Positions 1-12,500 of a stretch of DNA of 64,000 nt are shown piece by piece (the stretch's first letter is position 1; each line of letters starts with the position of its first letter). A program made the position numbers and the translations under genes. The notes under the pieces were generated by a model. That model searched no databases. It was not told the DNA's origin and saw only the letters and a list, made by a program, of their open reading frames with translations. Origin of the DNA: Chara braunii (taxonomy: Eukaryota > Plantae > Charophyceae); assembly GCA_003427395.1 (NCBI GenBank), contig BFEA01000006.1, positions 1,668,737 through 1,732,736 of the forward strand, written 5' to 3'.

Positions 1-71
<71 letters not shown>

Positions 72-125
72 AACAGACGGAGCAGACGACAAGCACCGAC
101 ACCCGCCAAGCACAACGCGGGAAAA

Positions 126-200
<75 letters not shown>
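1..200. repeat. (AT)n/(GA)n microsatellite cluster
   Basis: Direct dinucleotide runs at 1-68 and 129-200. Confidence 0.95.
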
Positions 201-202
<2 letters not shown>

Positions 203-349
203 AGACGGCATAAGATGCCATCGGCGAGTGTTGCTGTGCGCCATGGCGTCGCTGTGGCGGGGTCCACTTGTTATGATAAAAAAGAATAATGTGGAACTGC
301 AAAAAAAAAAAAAAACTTGCAAGTCCTATTAATTCCGAATTACAAATAA

Positions 350-1287
350 TGCAAGGAAAATGAGCGATTGTGAACTTCAGAAATCAAACTGCATCATACA
401 CATGAGACCAGATGGTCGTGACCTCGAACCAATAGCAGAATTGCATCACGAGTTCCACGAAAATAGAGCACAGGAAAAGCTCATAATTGACAATGCTAAA
501 ATAGTCTCATCATGATCAACGAAGAACCAATGTCAATATCCTATCTGGCGCTCGGCGCCCAGTCTACAAATGGCAGATCCTATCTAACCTATTGACAATG
601 CCGCTGATGACGACAACAGCTCCCCGAAGTACAAGCAGATCTCGGCCAATGCCGTTCGCCTCAAGCACCAGGTATGTCTCTCGTATCACTCACAACCTCG
701 ATCCCCAACTCACATATGCCACATGCACCCAAGAACCACCATGCGCCCCATCCAGCATACAGCAGCGCAGCTCGGCTATGGCTTTCTGCTCCTTCCAGCC
801 CGCACATGAGCGCGTGAGCGCTGACCAGCGTTAGCGCAGCAGCGCTTGCGTAGCATGCAGCGAGTGGCCGAATGCCGACTGCGTGGGCAGGCCCGTCCTA
901 AATGGAAGTGGCCAGCCTGCCTTGTGTGCAGCTTGGCTGCGCTGGGCCCCTGCCTAGAAGCTTCCGGTAGGCCCAAAGAGGCTGAGCCCCAGACCAAACG
1001 AATCAGGCTCTGGGGTTGTGTTGGTTGCCCGTGTTCAACTGCCTGCAGCCTGTGTTCGGTCCATCTTGCGAATCTGGCCCAGGCCTGCCTCGGTTACATT
1101 CAAAAGAGGCAGCCTGGGCCTGGGCGCTCTCAACCGACTGGCGCTGCGCAACTGCCTGAATTTACCCAGTTGTGTGGTGACCCCAAAACAGGCCTGTAGG
1201 CCCTGGGTTGAGCCTGCCTTCACTTAGGGCGGCCAACCATCCAGAAAATAGGGCCCAGTAGGGCAGATCGAGGCCTTGTGCCTCGCA
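350..1287 (-). mobile_element. Solo LTR, Ty3/Gypsy (TGC..GCA family)
   Basis: Reads TGCAAGG...CCTCGCA and is flanked by a 4-bp TSD ATAA/ATAA. Colinear with 48936-49875. Its minus-strand start TGCGAGG resembles the LTR start at 38017. Confidence 0.85.
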
Positions 1288-1289
1288 AT

Positions 1290-3448
1290 AATAATAATCC
1301 GGATTAATTCCAGATGAGAGTATGCGCAGCAAATTGGGGAATAAAATCCCGAAACGTAACTCAAGCAGAGAGTTTTTTGTTTTTGAAAAAATCAAATTCC
1401 GGAATAAAAAAAATGTCGAAATTCAGAAATAAAAAATTCGAATTTCCAGTATGCACAAAATATTTTGAGAAAATAAATTCGCGGAATAATTCGGGTTTTC
1501 AAGAAGTGGAATTTGCAAAATACTAAAAAAAATAATTTCGCGGAATAATTCCGAAATTCAAGAAATGAATTGGGAAAAAATTCTGATTTTCAGAAAGACA
1601 AATTCTCGTAAATTCACAGAATACGGAAAAGAAAATCGTGAAATAAAATAAATTTGCAAAATAACTTGCGGAATATCCTTATTTTCAAGAAAATAAAGCA
1701 CGAAATAACTCGCAGAATATTCCTATTTTTAAGAAAATAAATCGCAAAATAACTCGCGGAATATTCCTATTTTTAAGAAAATAAATCGCAAAATAAATTG
1801 CGGAATATTCCTAATAAAATCGCAAAATAAATAATGGAATATTCCTATTTTCAAGAAAATAAAATCGTGATTTAAATCGTGGAATATTCCTATCAAATCG
1901 TGAAATGAATGGGATTGATATTCCGATTATCAAGAAACTATATGGCGGAAAATAAAAAAATAATTCCGTGGAATATTCAGAAGAAATAGTGGAAATGGCG
2001 GTGGGGTGATAGAGCGTGAGGGCGCCGAGGTGGAGGTCGCTTCGAGGGGGCACTACCATGCACCTGCCATAGCCAGTCTTGGTCAACGCTTGTTGGTAAT
2101 CCTGGATTTACTGTGAGAGGAAGGCAGAGATGTGGGGACGGTTAACGGGCAGGAGCTGCGCACCGTACATATCAGGACGCTGATTAGCATTGACTTTTGG
2201 GCGCTGTGCCTAGGCTCGGGACGACAGATCAATCGATTATGCTCCTCCCCTGCTATCGGCGTGATGGTGCTGCTGAATGAGATGGTTTGGGCTACGTCTT
2301 CAGTCGCTGAGCCAGAGACGAGGGATGAGAGTGCACCGGTAAACGTCGACTTCCGGGAGACAGACGATGGACCACACACTGTGATTGGTATCGCCTATAA
2401 CGCTGACAAATGCTCGCCCGGGGCTTCAGCTATGACCAGGGTTGTCCACTGTTGCTTTTACTCCTGCTTTGGACGTGGTGTTGCTCAGGATCTCCTGATC
2501 TTGGGGTTTCGACGACTTTACGATTGTGATATGTGTGACTGTGGTAGCGAGGCTTTAGATAGTTGTGATATAATCCACGATTTTGAAGTTGATCGGACTA
2601 GTGATCGTGGTTAGAACTGCTGTCTAGTGGCAATCAGGGTTTGGGCAACTTTACATAATTAGTAATTACAGCGTGCGATCATCTATTGGTTTGAGCAACT
2701 TTTGATGATTTCATTGCTTATTGTGCTTAGCAGTTATAGCTTCGAATTGTTTTTGCGGTATAGATTCGAAATTTCGGTTTATAGCTGTCCAGTGGTGCTT
2801 CTTTACGATTTATTTGGTTATTGTGCTTAGTAGTTATGGACTCAAATCTTGGGTTGAATAGGAGAGTAATTAGTGTAAGAGAGATACCAAGTTTAGCAGT
2901 GTATGTCTCCCATCGGTTGGCAGTAGTGGTTATGGTTCTAGCATTATTGTTTGCGGTAATTAGTACTGGCTAGGGTTTGTGTAATTCCGAGTAATTTTGT
3001 GTTTTGTGCGGTTTTTTGATGACAGGTCAATAGTCAACAGCGTTTGAGTAATAGATAGGGTTTGAATTTGACTTTTCTTTGTATTTAGGTAACGACCTTT
3101 TTGTTGCTTCGGTTCTTTTTAGCAACTTGGNNNNNNNNNNNNNGTCTCGGTAGCTAGATGGCTGGGGTCGGGGATAGGGTTGGCCGAAGTGCCGTTCTTA
3201 GCCTATGATGGCTTCAGCATCTATGTGAGGGACACCGGGCCCGTTTCCCGGTTTTTATAATGAAGTAGCTTTTTCTTAAAAAAAAAAAAAAGAGAGAAAA
3301 AAGACGAAATCGTGGAAATAACTCCGCGGGATATTCCAAGTTCCAAGAAAAAAATCACTCCCTACTCTCGGAAATTTCAGATTTCGTGATTACTATTTTT
3401 GCACAAAACAAGTGGTTTCAATTTTTGAAAAGTCTCGTAATGACACTA
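1290..3448. mobile_element. AT-rich probable non-autonomous DNA transposon with subterminal GGAATATTCC repeats
   Basis: Palindromic GGAATATTCC motif in ~44-bp units at 1660-1980 and a related motif near 3330. Ends ...ATGACACTA. The left terminus and TSD were not identified. Confidence 0.4.
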
Positions 3449-3744
3449 GGCGGAGTTGAGTCAGGGACGAAACAATCAACCAGGGCTGGATGGGAACCGG
3501 CCGGTTGATTCACCCCGGTCCACCCGGATCCAGATCAATGGAAGTGGGGCAACCGGAAAACTGGTTTAAGCAAAAAAACCTTTTTTTTTTTTTTTTTTTT
3601 TTTGAAGGTGGGATCGGACTGCGCTCATTGAGATCTGTTCAATTCCGCTAAGAAACTTTGAAGGGGCGATTTTTTTTGGGGGGGATGGGGGGGGGAGGGG
3701 GGACTCATGGGGTGATGGTTCCCTTTCAAGTTCCTACCTTTCAC

Positions 3745-4250
3745 AAGAGTAGTAGGAGGAGGAGGAGGAGAAAAGAGTAGGAGGAGAAAAGAGCAAAAGA
3801 AGAAGAAGAAGAAGAAGAGAAGTAGGAGGGGAGGAGGAAGAGGAGAAAAGAGTAGGAGGAGAAAAGAGCAAGACGACGACGACGAAGAAGAAGAAGAAGA
3901 AGAGGAGTAGGAGGAGGAAGAGAAAACAGGAGTAGGAGGAGAAAAGAGCAAGAAGAAGAAGAAGAAGAAGAAGAGGAAGAGAAGTAGGAGGAGGAAGAGG
4001 AGAAAAGAGTAGGAGGAGAAAAGAGCAAGAAGAAGAAGAAGAAGAAGAGGAGAAGTAGGAGGAAGAGGAGAAAAGAGGAGGTGGAGAAAAGAGCAAGAAG
4101 AAGAAGAGTAGAAAACAGGAGGAGGAGGAGGGGGGTCGGTTCTTCAACGCGCAGCGATGGCTGAGGGGGGCCTGTTCTTCGAACAAGAAATAATAAGAAG
4201 AAGAAGAAATAAGAAGAAATAAGAAGAAGAGAAGAAGAAGAAGAAGAAGA
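3745..4250. repeat. Polypurine (GAA/GGA) compound repeat
   Basis: Repeated GGAGAAAAGAGTAGGAGGAG units and (GAA)n runs. Confidence 0.9.
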
Positions 4251-5000
4251 ACGTACGTAAAAAAAAACTACCTACAATGAACGTACTCACCGACGACGAT
4301 GGAGCAGGGGGGAAGGTCCTTCGGCGCGAGGCGATGGCTGCGGAGGGGGTGCGGAGCTTCGACGCGCAGCGATGGCTGCAGGGGGGCAGCTGCTCCAACG
4401 CGCGGCGTGGGAGTTGTGCTGCATGGGGCGTCGACGCGAACAGCACGACGTCGCAAGCCGACGTCGATCCCCACCAAGAGCACGCCTACGGGGAGTGGGG
4501 ACCAAAGGGTTGGCGGCGATTTCAAACGCTACGGATTGCAGCCGCAATCGGCCGTGCTTGATCTTCGAAATTCAAAAAAACGGGGCCCGTCAGACCCTGC
4601 AAATTCAAGTGAACGCGCCGGCCGATCCTTGTCGTCGATCATCGAAGATCGACGGCGGGGATCGGTCGGCGCATTCACTTCAATTTGCTGGGTCCGACGG
4701 GGCCCGTTTTTTCGTTTGCAGGGCAGCGGCAGCCTGTGCTCAAGCAGGCAGGCGGAAGGGGGGGGGGGGAACCGCGAAATCAACCCCCAGCAAAATGCGC
4801 TGGGGCCAACCGGGTGCCTGCCGGGCCGGTCCACCGGCCGGTCCGACCGGCAGGGACCCGGTCGTCGGAGGGGCCCCCGGTCCATCCGGAGACCAGGCCT
4901 GCAATCAACCCTAATTAACCAATCGATCAATCAATCAATCGATCGGCCGATCGGGTTGATTGATCGATCTATAATCTAGGAGTCCAGATTCACAAGCCCC

Positions 5001-5012
5001 GCTCCGATACCA
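5001..5012 (-). promoter_or_regulatory. Primer binding site (tRNA-iMet) of a minus-strand LTR element
   Basis: Reverse complement TGGTATCGGAGC lies 2 nt from an LTR end (CA on the minus strand). Confidence 0.75.
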
Positions 5013-5014
5013 AC

Positions 5015-5445
5015 TGAAGCATGCCCAATCGGGCGATGTAGGGGGGAGCCAAGGATCCGCAAAGTGATGAAGTGGACTCGTATGGGCAATGCAGCGTCAG
5101 CCAAGCATCAACAAGCAGTGCACATCCAGATACATCCGAAATAGCACAATGTGGCGCAGCCGAAGGCTCAAGATATGATCTGACCTGTCAGATACTGATG
5201 CAACACCCCATCGTACACCACACATGTGTGAGAGAGAGGAGGGACTGCATACATAGAACAAAGGTCCCTCCTTGCACATGCACATGGGGGGGGGAGATAC
5301 CATGGACGAGAGATGGGGGGGAGGCGAGACGAAGATGGAGGCGAGGGAGAAGACCAAGATCGCTATAACGAAGTCCAGTAAATAATCTGCTGCAAACAAA
5401 ATGTCGAATCAGATCCTGGGCATATGCCCGTGAAACCTCTGCCTG

Positions 5446-5488
<43 letters not shown>

Positions 5489-5994
5489 GAAAGAAGAAGC
5501 AGCAAGAGGAGGAAGGAAGAAGAAGAGGTGTAGGGCGAGACAGATAGAAGAAGAAGATGATGTCGTCCTCCTCACTGACTCACCTGCAGTTAACTGCTGC
5601 CAAGTCCTGACGTCGCCGGCGTAGGCCGTGCTGCAGGCCGCTGCAGCCAAGTCCAGCTATGGCGCCCAGGTACCTACTCGAACGCTGCAGGTATGGCCTC
5701 CGCCCTGTCTCCCTACCTACTCCGCTACCTTTAATGCAGCGCAGCGCTGTGGCGTGCGGTGCTGATCCAGCAGCGTGTCGGCCAAGAAGTGAGCTACTCG
5801 AACCGTCCGTTGCCCAGCCTCAAAATGGCGCAGCCGGTGTGGGTCCCTACTGGACGTCCAGACTGTGCTGCTGATGCAGCAGGGCGCAAAAATGCGCCTG
5901 GCCTTTTTTGGCCCTGCCTCCGGTACCCAGTCTCAAGGTCGTGCCTTGGGGACTGCAAGTCCGAAACGACACCTGCACGGACCACGACGGTTCA
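5015..5994 (-). mobile_element. 5' LTR of a truncated Gypsy element (TGAA..TTCA family)
   Basis: TGAA...TTCA termini with an adjacent PBS. The minus-strand start resembles LTR starts at 17000 and 37489. No second LTR was found. Confidence 0.65.
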
Positions 5995-6097
5995 GCAGGT
6001 AAGTAAATAAATAAATAAATATCCAAATAAATACTAAATGCTGCCTATATTTGCCGTAGGTGGCCTGGGGCCCGCCGTGGGCCTCCAGGGCGCATGT

Positions 6098-6430
6098 CTG
6101 ATGGGCATGCGGCCTGGGGGTCCTTTCAGTAACCGTCGGGCCCGTCGAATTGGGCTCGTGTGCAGGCGCAGCATGTAACACTCTCTCTCATCCCCCAAAC
6201 GTTCACTTTTTCTCACACTGGTTGATTGTGACTCGTTTCTCTTTCACTTATTGACGGTTGTTTCCTGATGGGAATGCGGCCTGGGAGTCCCTTCAGCAAC
6301 CGTCGGGCNCGTCGAATTGGGCTCGTGTGCAGGCGCAGCATGTAACACTCTCTCTCATCCCCCAAACGTTCACTTTTTCTCACACTGATTGATTGTGACT
6401 CCTTTCTCTCTTTCACTTATTCACGGTTGT
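6098..6430. repeat. ~168-bp tandem duplication
   Basis: 6098-6265 is repeated nearly identically from 6266. Confidence 0.9.
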
Positions 6431-6616
6431 CTCCTTTGTGCGCCTTTGTGTGCCTTGCCATTCTCCGTCGTCCCTGGGACTAACCATTGTAAACGCACAG
6501 GTGCGGCAGGCGAAGCGAATGGTGGGAAAGAGTCAGAGGTTCCCCTGGCAAGAGTGCTTTTCAGGTCCGAAGAAGCTGATCAGAATGCCCCTCCTGTGGG
6601 TGGTACCAATCAAGGG

Positions 6617-9550
6617 ATGGCAAGCAGTAAAGGACGAGCACACAAGGATGGTGCAGATGGGGGCAAGGTCCATGGGACTATGGGTGTGGGTACTGAGGGA
6701 TGTTCCCCTGCAGGGCATGGCCGCTCACGGCACCAGACAAACCAGCAATCACGTCCAGCTTCTGCTGTGCAACGTGTATTGGTGGACTCGTCCTCCCTGC
6801 TATGGCGGGGACAACATCGTTCGGTTGGAGGACCCACAACCGCTCTGTCACGAATGAAGCAATCTGAGAGTGGCATTGTGGGGGAAGAAGATGCAGCCAT
6901 CACAGCTACTAATCTCCGCAAATGCAAGAGTAACCCAGTCTTTCCATCCCGGGTATTGGTGAGTCACGATCCTGCCGTTGTACGAAAGGGTGGGACTAGC
7001 TGTGTGGGTCCGGCGAGGGCCCAGCGTCCTGGTGCCAGTGGCATTGAAGGAGCACAAAAAGGATGTGCAACATCAACTACCCCAGCAACACAGGTGGGAG
7101 GATTAGGTGGCCTGAGGAGCGGAGATGCAGCGCATCTGGTGGGCAAGAATGCTGCTAGGGTGGAGAACTTACCGGTCAGGTCATCTGTTGAGACTGCGGC
7201 GGAAAGAAGAGGGACGGGAAGCAGCAGCGGTAGAACGAGGGGGGCTTGCCGAGGTAGAATTGTCATCGGGAAAAAGGCGGGTAGTCTAACCAGGCTGAGT
7301 TCCAGGCTAGCAGGTGCAGCGGGCAGCCGTAGCCTCGATGGGAGGGGCCCAGCGGTCACAAGCAAGGATTCCTTAGCTGCTGATAACCGAATCCAGTCTG
7401 GTCCAGCTGTGGGCAAACTGGCTGTTGACGGTAGTGCCCCTGCTAGGCTCGGCAGTCATGTGGTGGCTACTGTGGCAGGGAATGCAGACAGTGGCTTGTC
7501 ATCATCATCATTTTGTGCTGGTAACAGCAGTGGTGGAAAGCCTGCTACGAGGGCTGCTGCAGCTGTCGTGAGAGGTGGTGGGAGAATCGGTGAGGGGTCC
7601 AAGCATCTCATGCGGAGCTGTGGCGCGGAACCTACCCCGTCGACTCCTGTCATGGCTAAGGTCTGTTGCTCGCCCCGCTGTGCCTCTAAAGATCCCAATT
7701 ACAATCAGCGGGTGCTGGTTGCTGGCCATAGGTTGCGAAAATCAAGCAGCAAGAAGCGAAGGAAGAGCTCTCGATCACGTGCAAGCAATGGGAGCAGTGG
7801 AATTGGGAAGGTTTCCCAGGCTTTGGAGGATGCGGCTGTGGAAGGTGGAGTTGCTCATGAAGGCGAAAGGTCGGCTGGTCACAATGAGAAGAGCAGCAGA
7901 GAGGCCAGCACTGTAGATGGTAGTGAGGCTTCTGCTCCTTGTGGGATGAATAAGTTGACCAATCCAGTGGCTCGGCATGGTGATGCTAGCAGACCGTGGA
8001 AGGTCAAAGGAGGAAAGAAGAAGGGGGAGACGGGTTCATCTGCTGAGCCCCTACTTGATGCAAGAGAGGCTGTCAGTCTTAATGTATGTTGTTCCCATGA
8101 GAAGCAACATCAAGAGCAAAGCAGTGCCAGCAAGTGCAATCATTTCTCTGCACCTGCGAATATCCCAGTGTTCGCAATGACCTCAGCCGCAAAACTTTCC
8201 CCTTTTTCTGGTCTGCAATACACTGGTCCCACGACAAGTGATGGTCCAGTTTTGGGTGATGGTAATGGCTGTGATATTGAGTTGGGGGATGAGTCATCTT
8301 TCGAGAAAGAGATTGAGAAGATGGAGAATGCGAATCTGGAAGAGCTTTGCATTCCTGCTGCCTCTGGTCTTTCTTCCACTTTTAGTCAGAATATCAGCGA
8401 GAGCAGTAGCGTGGGAGCCATAGCCGGTGGTTCTCCAGGCGTAGGAGTCACCAGTGGGAGCAATGGCGACCGTGCAATTCAGGGTGCGGGTCCGATTTCC
8501 CTTGGGAAGAGCTGCTTTATTTCCAGAAGTTGTGTTCTTGATGGTAATGAGGCCATGTGGATGGCTCAGACAGAATGCAAAACCACTGCACTGCCCGCGC
8601 ATGACGATGGGGAGAAGTCGGGGGTGCTGCAAGGTGAAGAACGTGGTGTAGAATGTGTCGTCACACCATTGCCCAGTTCCAAGAAGGCAAATGGAATGTC
8701 TGGAAGTGGAGGAATGGTTAGAACCAGTGGTAAAGGCAGGGTAAAATCTCGATCTGCATCCCTCTGTTTGACCCGTCAAGCGGCTATCGCTGCTGCTGCT
8801 ATGCTTGGGGAGGCAGAGTCATTGTTGAGTGATAAAAGGTCTTCCAAGGAGGGCAGGCCAGTGAGGCACAGCTATGGTGGGAGGACGATGGTTAAAGAAA
8901 GATGGGCGGGAGGGTCAGATGAGGACAGCCGAATAAGAGACCGTGTACTACACAGTCGTGACACCACTGTGACCGTTGGCCGTGCTTCTGCTGAGGTATC
9001 CTCTGAAGGAGTCGTGGAAGGACTTCTGCAGCACATACTGTATCAGAATGTTGTGTTATCAGGTCGAAGAACTTTGTGCATGGAGGATAATCGAGAGAGT
9101 GTTGGGGATGTGAAAGAGGTTGTACAGGATGACATTTGCAAGGGTGGGTGTGATGCCAGCGAGTGCCGTGGGATTGAATGTATACGGCTGGACTCCACAC
9201 CGGCTCAGACTAAGCAGGAAGAAAGTCGGAACTCAACTGCGGGGAAGAACTTGTTTGATATTGAAGGCGTCAGCAATTCACCAGAAGCTGGGAGTAATGG
9301 GAACGACCAGGACACTCAGAACTGTTTTGGTGTGGGAACCAGTGGCACTTACTATGGTGATGAAAAGGCCGTGAAGAGAGGGAGGAGAGAGCTGTCGAGA
9401 AGCAGGAGCAAGTTGCTTCAGTATCGGAAAGGGGATAGCCCTCGTTGTTTGGCGGTAAGGAATCCCTCCAGAGAGAAGGCGAACAAGATGTCTATTGCAC
9501 GAGAGATGAACAAGCTAGCCCTTGAGAGCCGAAGACTCCGTTTGAGAAAG
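6617..9550 (+). CDS. Large coding exon (Ser/Gly/Ala/Lys-rich, probably disordered N-terminus) of a putative TPX2/MAP20-family microtubule-associated protein
   Basis: Stop-free ORF of ~3 kb with no TE motifs. Acceptor ACAG|GT at 6500/6501, first in-frame ATG at 6617, phase-0 donor AAG|GTGAGC at 9550. Linkage to the downstream TPX2 exons is inferred. Confidence 0.7.
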
Positions 9551-12500
9551 GTGAGCACAAGTGAGGCAGCCCTAAATGTTTGCTGATTTCTTCCCAATCT
9601 GCAGGGCCCTGCATCCCGTGCTGTAGAAAATGGAGTAGGTGGGCTACTTGGCTCTCAGGGTTGTGGAAGCAGAGTGGTATCAGGCCGCCTAAGCATCAGA
9701 ATTCAATAGGGCATATTGCCACAGTGCACGTCCATGGATATCACAGCACAGGCTTACTGTCTGTGCCTGAGCAGATCGATTGCGAAGTTGCGGAAAAGAG
9801 AAATGGCAGCCTTGTCTTGCCTCTCTATGTCAGTTACTGCTTTGTTGCTGCTTGGTCTTGCTATCTTTTATGGAGGCATAATAGAGCATGCTGCAGTGTT
9901 GGCACGCCGATGGTCGGCACCCCCAATCGGTCCAGGGTTCTGGTTGGCTCCCCGCAGAAAACATAAAATAAAGAAAACCAAGCATCCCCTTCACCTGAAT
10001 TTTCTCAGCGGATTGGGGCTGTGCTGAGCAAGCGCAGTACAGCCCCAAAGTCAGATTTCAGAAAAAATCAGTGGATGTCTCTCTGTTGACGAGCCGGCAG
10101 ACCGCCGGCCGGTCAGCCCTACCGGTAGCATGCGAAACGGTCGGTGGCCGGTTACGATGCAACTCAGGTGTCCCAATATCAAACATCAATTGATCACTTG
10201 ACTGCATTGCCAGTGCGCTGTCTTTTGGTCTTATCCACCTGTTGGATTCCTTGCAGTGGTCTGTAGAACAGTCGATTCAAATGTTTTACCCAAGTCTTGT
10301 TGACACTCACTTGCCCTCTTTGGTGCCCCCTTACACCGTCAGTACTTTATCCAGCCATTTTTCTATGATGTGGCAGTGCAGTTGCTGCGTTTGGCAGGAT
10401 GTACTGAGCTGCTGGTTTGACAAACAATATATCCAGGCAAACAGGTCATGCACGAGGTGCATTTTGCATGGATGATTTTGTTGTGAAGGGGCAGCCCGGT
10501 ACATCTCGCCAGATGCAGTGCGAGCACTGCCGCAGAAAAATGGCTGGGAGAAGTACTGATGGTTTAAAAAAGACATGTATAGTTCCTAGTGCGCTTGTAG
10601 TGTGGGGTCCTCCCTTAGTTACAGTTCCTATTGGTAATGATTTTTTCCCCTTTGTCTGAGCTGCTAGCCCAATGTTGCTGATGCTGGCAATATTGATCTG
10701 AAATTGCTAACAAACTTTTCTGAGCTTCTTGAGATGCTCATTGTTCGACTTGCAACACGTGTTCATAAGTGGCCCTACGAAGAACGTTGGAAAACATGTG
10801 AGCCTGCCATATGTAACTTGTGATGGAGCTGCTTACAGTCTGCTGACAAGTCTGCTGCCAAATGTGATTATGATAGGATGTTGGTGATCCGGCGGGCAAG
10901 TCTGCTGACATGTTTGTTGACAAGCCTGTTAACGAACCTGCTTTCTGTGCCCAGTCTGGTGACTAAACTGCTGATGGATTCAATGGCCTTTTTGTATCAT
11001 CAGGCTGGTGAACGTGCAGTGAGTGAAGCACAGAGAAAGTGGCTGATGAAACAGCGAAGGACGAAGCTGACCACATGGGTTGGAAATGGCCTGGTGAATT
11101 GGCTGATGAGGCTGCGGGCTAACTGGCTTGCAACTTCAGTCTAACTAACTGGCCAGTGACTGGTTGACTAAGGTTTGCAGCACGGAGCTGGCAAACCTGT
11201 CAACTTACTAGAAGTAGAGGCTGACGAACTAGTCAATGAGAAGATGAAAGGGTGATTAATGAGCTGGGCAATGAGTTATCTAGGAAAAACTGTCTGATGA
11301 ACGGATTAATCCCGAATTGTGTAGGGTAAAAGAACAAATTAACTGGACGAGTATCATGGTTCATCATGACTGGTGTTGTGACCTGGCTGATTGAACAGTG
11401 TGCAACTCGCTAGTGATGCTGATAAGGACAGACAGATTTGCAGGCTGATCTGTGGGCTGATCTGCAGGCAAATGGGTAGATGGATGGGTGATCTAACAGT
11501 TATTGAAGTAATCAAACAATGAATTGGTGGTGAGACATCGGACAAAAGAAGAGGCTCTCTGCTCGCTATCAAATTTTCTCCCAGTGAGGGAATAAACCAC
11601 CAGTACCTTCCGACCCACCTTCCTGAACCTTTTTCCGGCAAGCTTCCAAGCCTGTTTGTCTTAGGTGAAAGTGGCTGGTGAGCAGTCGAGATATAGCAGG
11701 CTACGGGTCCTTCAATGCGGGGGACTGGTACTTCTAGGGTGTTGGTTTCCCTTTTTTTTCCCCGTAGTGTTTCCTTTCTTTCTTTTTCCCCTGCACCTTA
11801 TCTCTTTTTCCCATTGGGCGGCCAATGCTGCCAAAGGAGCCCTCAGCGCCGTGGGTGGCGGGCTGCCAAAATATGAGGATGCGCAGGCCCTTGCTAATCT
11901 TCTCTGTATGTTTCCAGGCCTAACAGAAGATTCATTCTTCTTGGGACTGAAGTGCAGCACATTACCAGGCAGATCGCGGAGGACGGGGGGCTACCACACA
12001 CCACAGGCACAAATGACAAAAAACGCTGAATCTTTTTTTTTTTTTTGCTTTTATGCGTTTCATGGTTGCCCCAAAGCCATGCTAACCTTCTCTGTATCTT
12101 CCGCAAACTAGGTGAAGATTCATTTTCATTGTCCATTGGGACAGCAGTGCAGTTTAGCCCCAGGCAGATCGCATAGTACGAAAGGCCTTGCTCTGCCACT
12201 TACCACATGCACGAACAACAAAATTTTGAGGCTGTATCCCTCCCCAAAGCAGTGCAAAATTAATCCCTGTTGTTCACAAGGGGACAGCAAGTGCTGCCAC
12301 TCACAACAAGCACAAACGACAAAATTTGTGCCGCCGTATCTTTCCATTTTTTTCATTATTTTTTTTTCATTTGGAGCATGGGACTCACTCCGCTTCTCTC
12401 GAAAGGTGCAAAAAGAGAGTGAATCTTTTCCTAGAACATGGAAATATATACTGCCATGATTTTTGTCTTCTGTGCATGCCGAGAGTAGTGGAGCGAGGCC

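Noticed and set aside
1660-1980. CRISPR-like regularly spaced palindromes
   Set aside because: The spacers are themselves repeated, there are no cas genes, and the context is eukaryotic.
3625-4186. Ser/Leu/Phe-rich ORFs
   Set aside because: They are translations of the GAA/GGA repeat.
6389-6500. Listed start of the 1065-aa ORF
   Set aside because: Non-ATG start inside a tandem duplication and upstream of a good splice acceptor; probably intronic.
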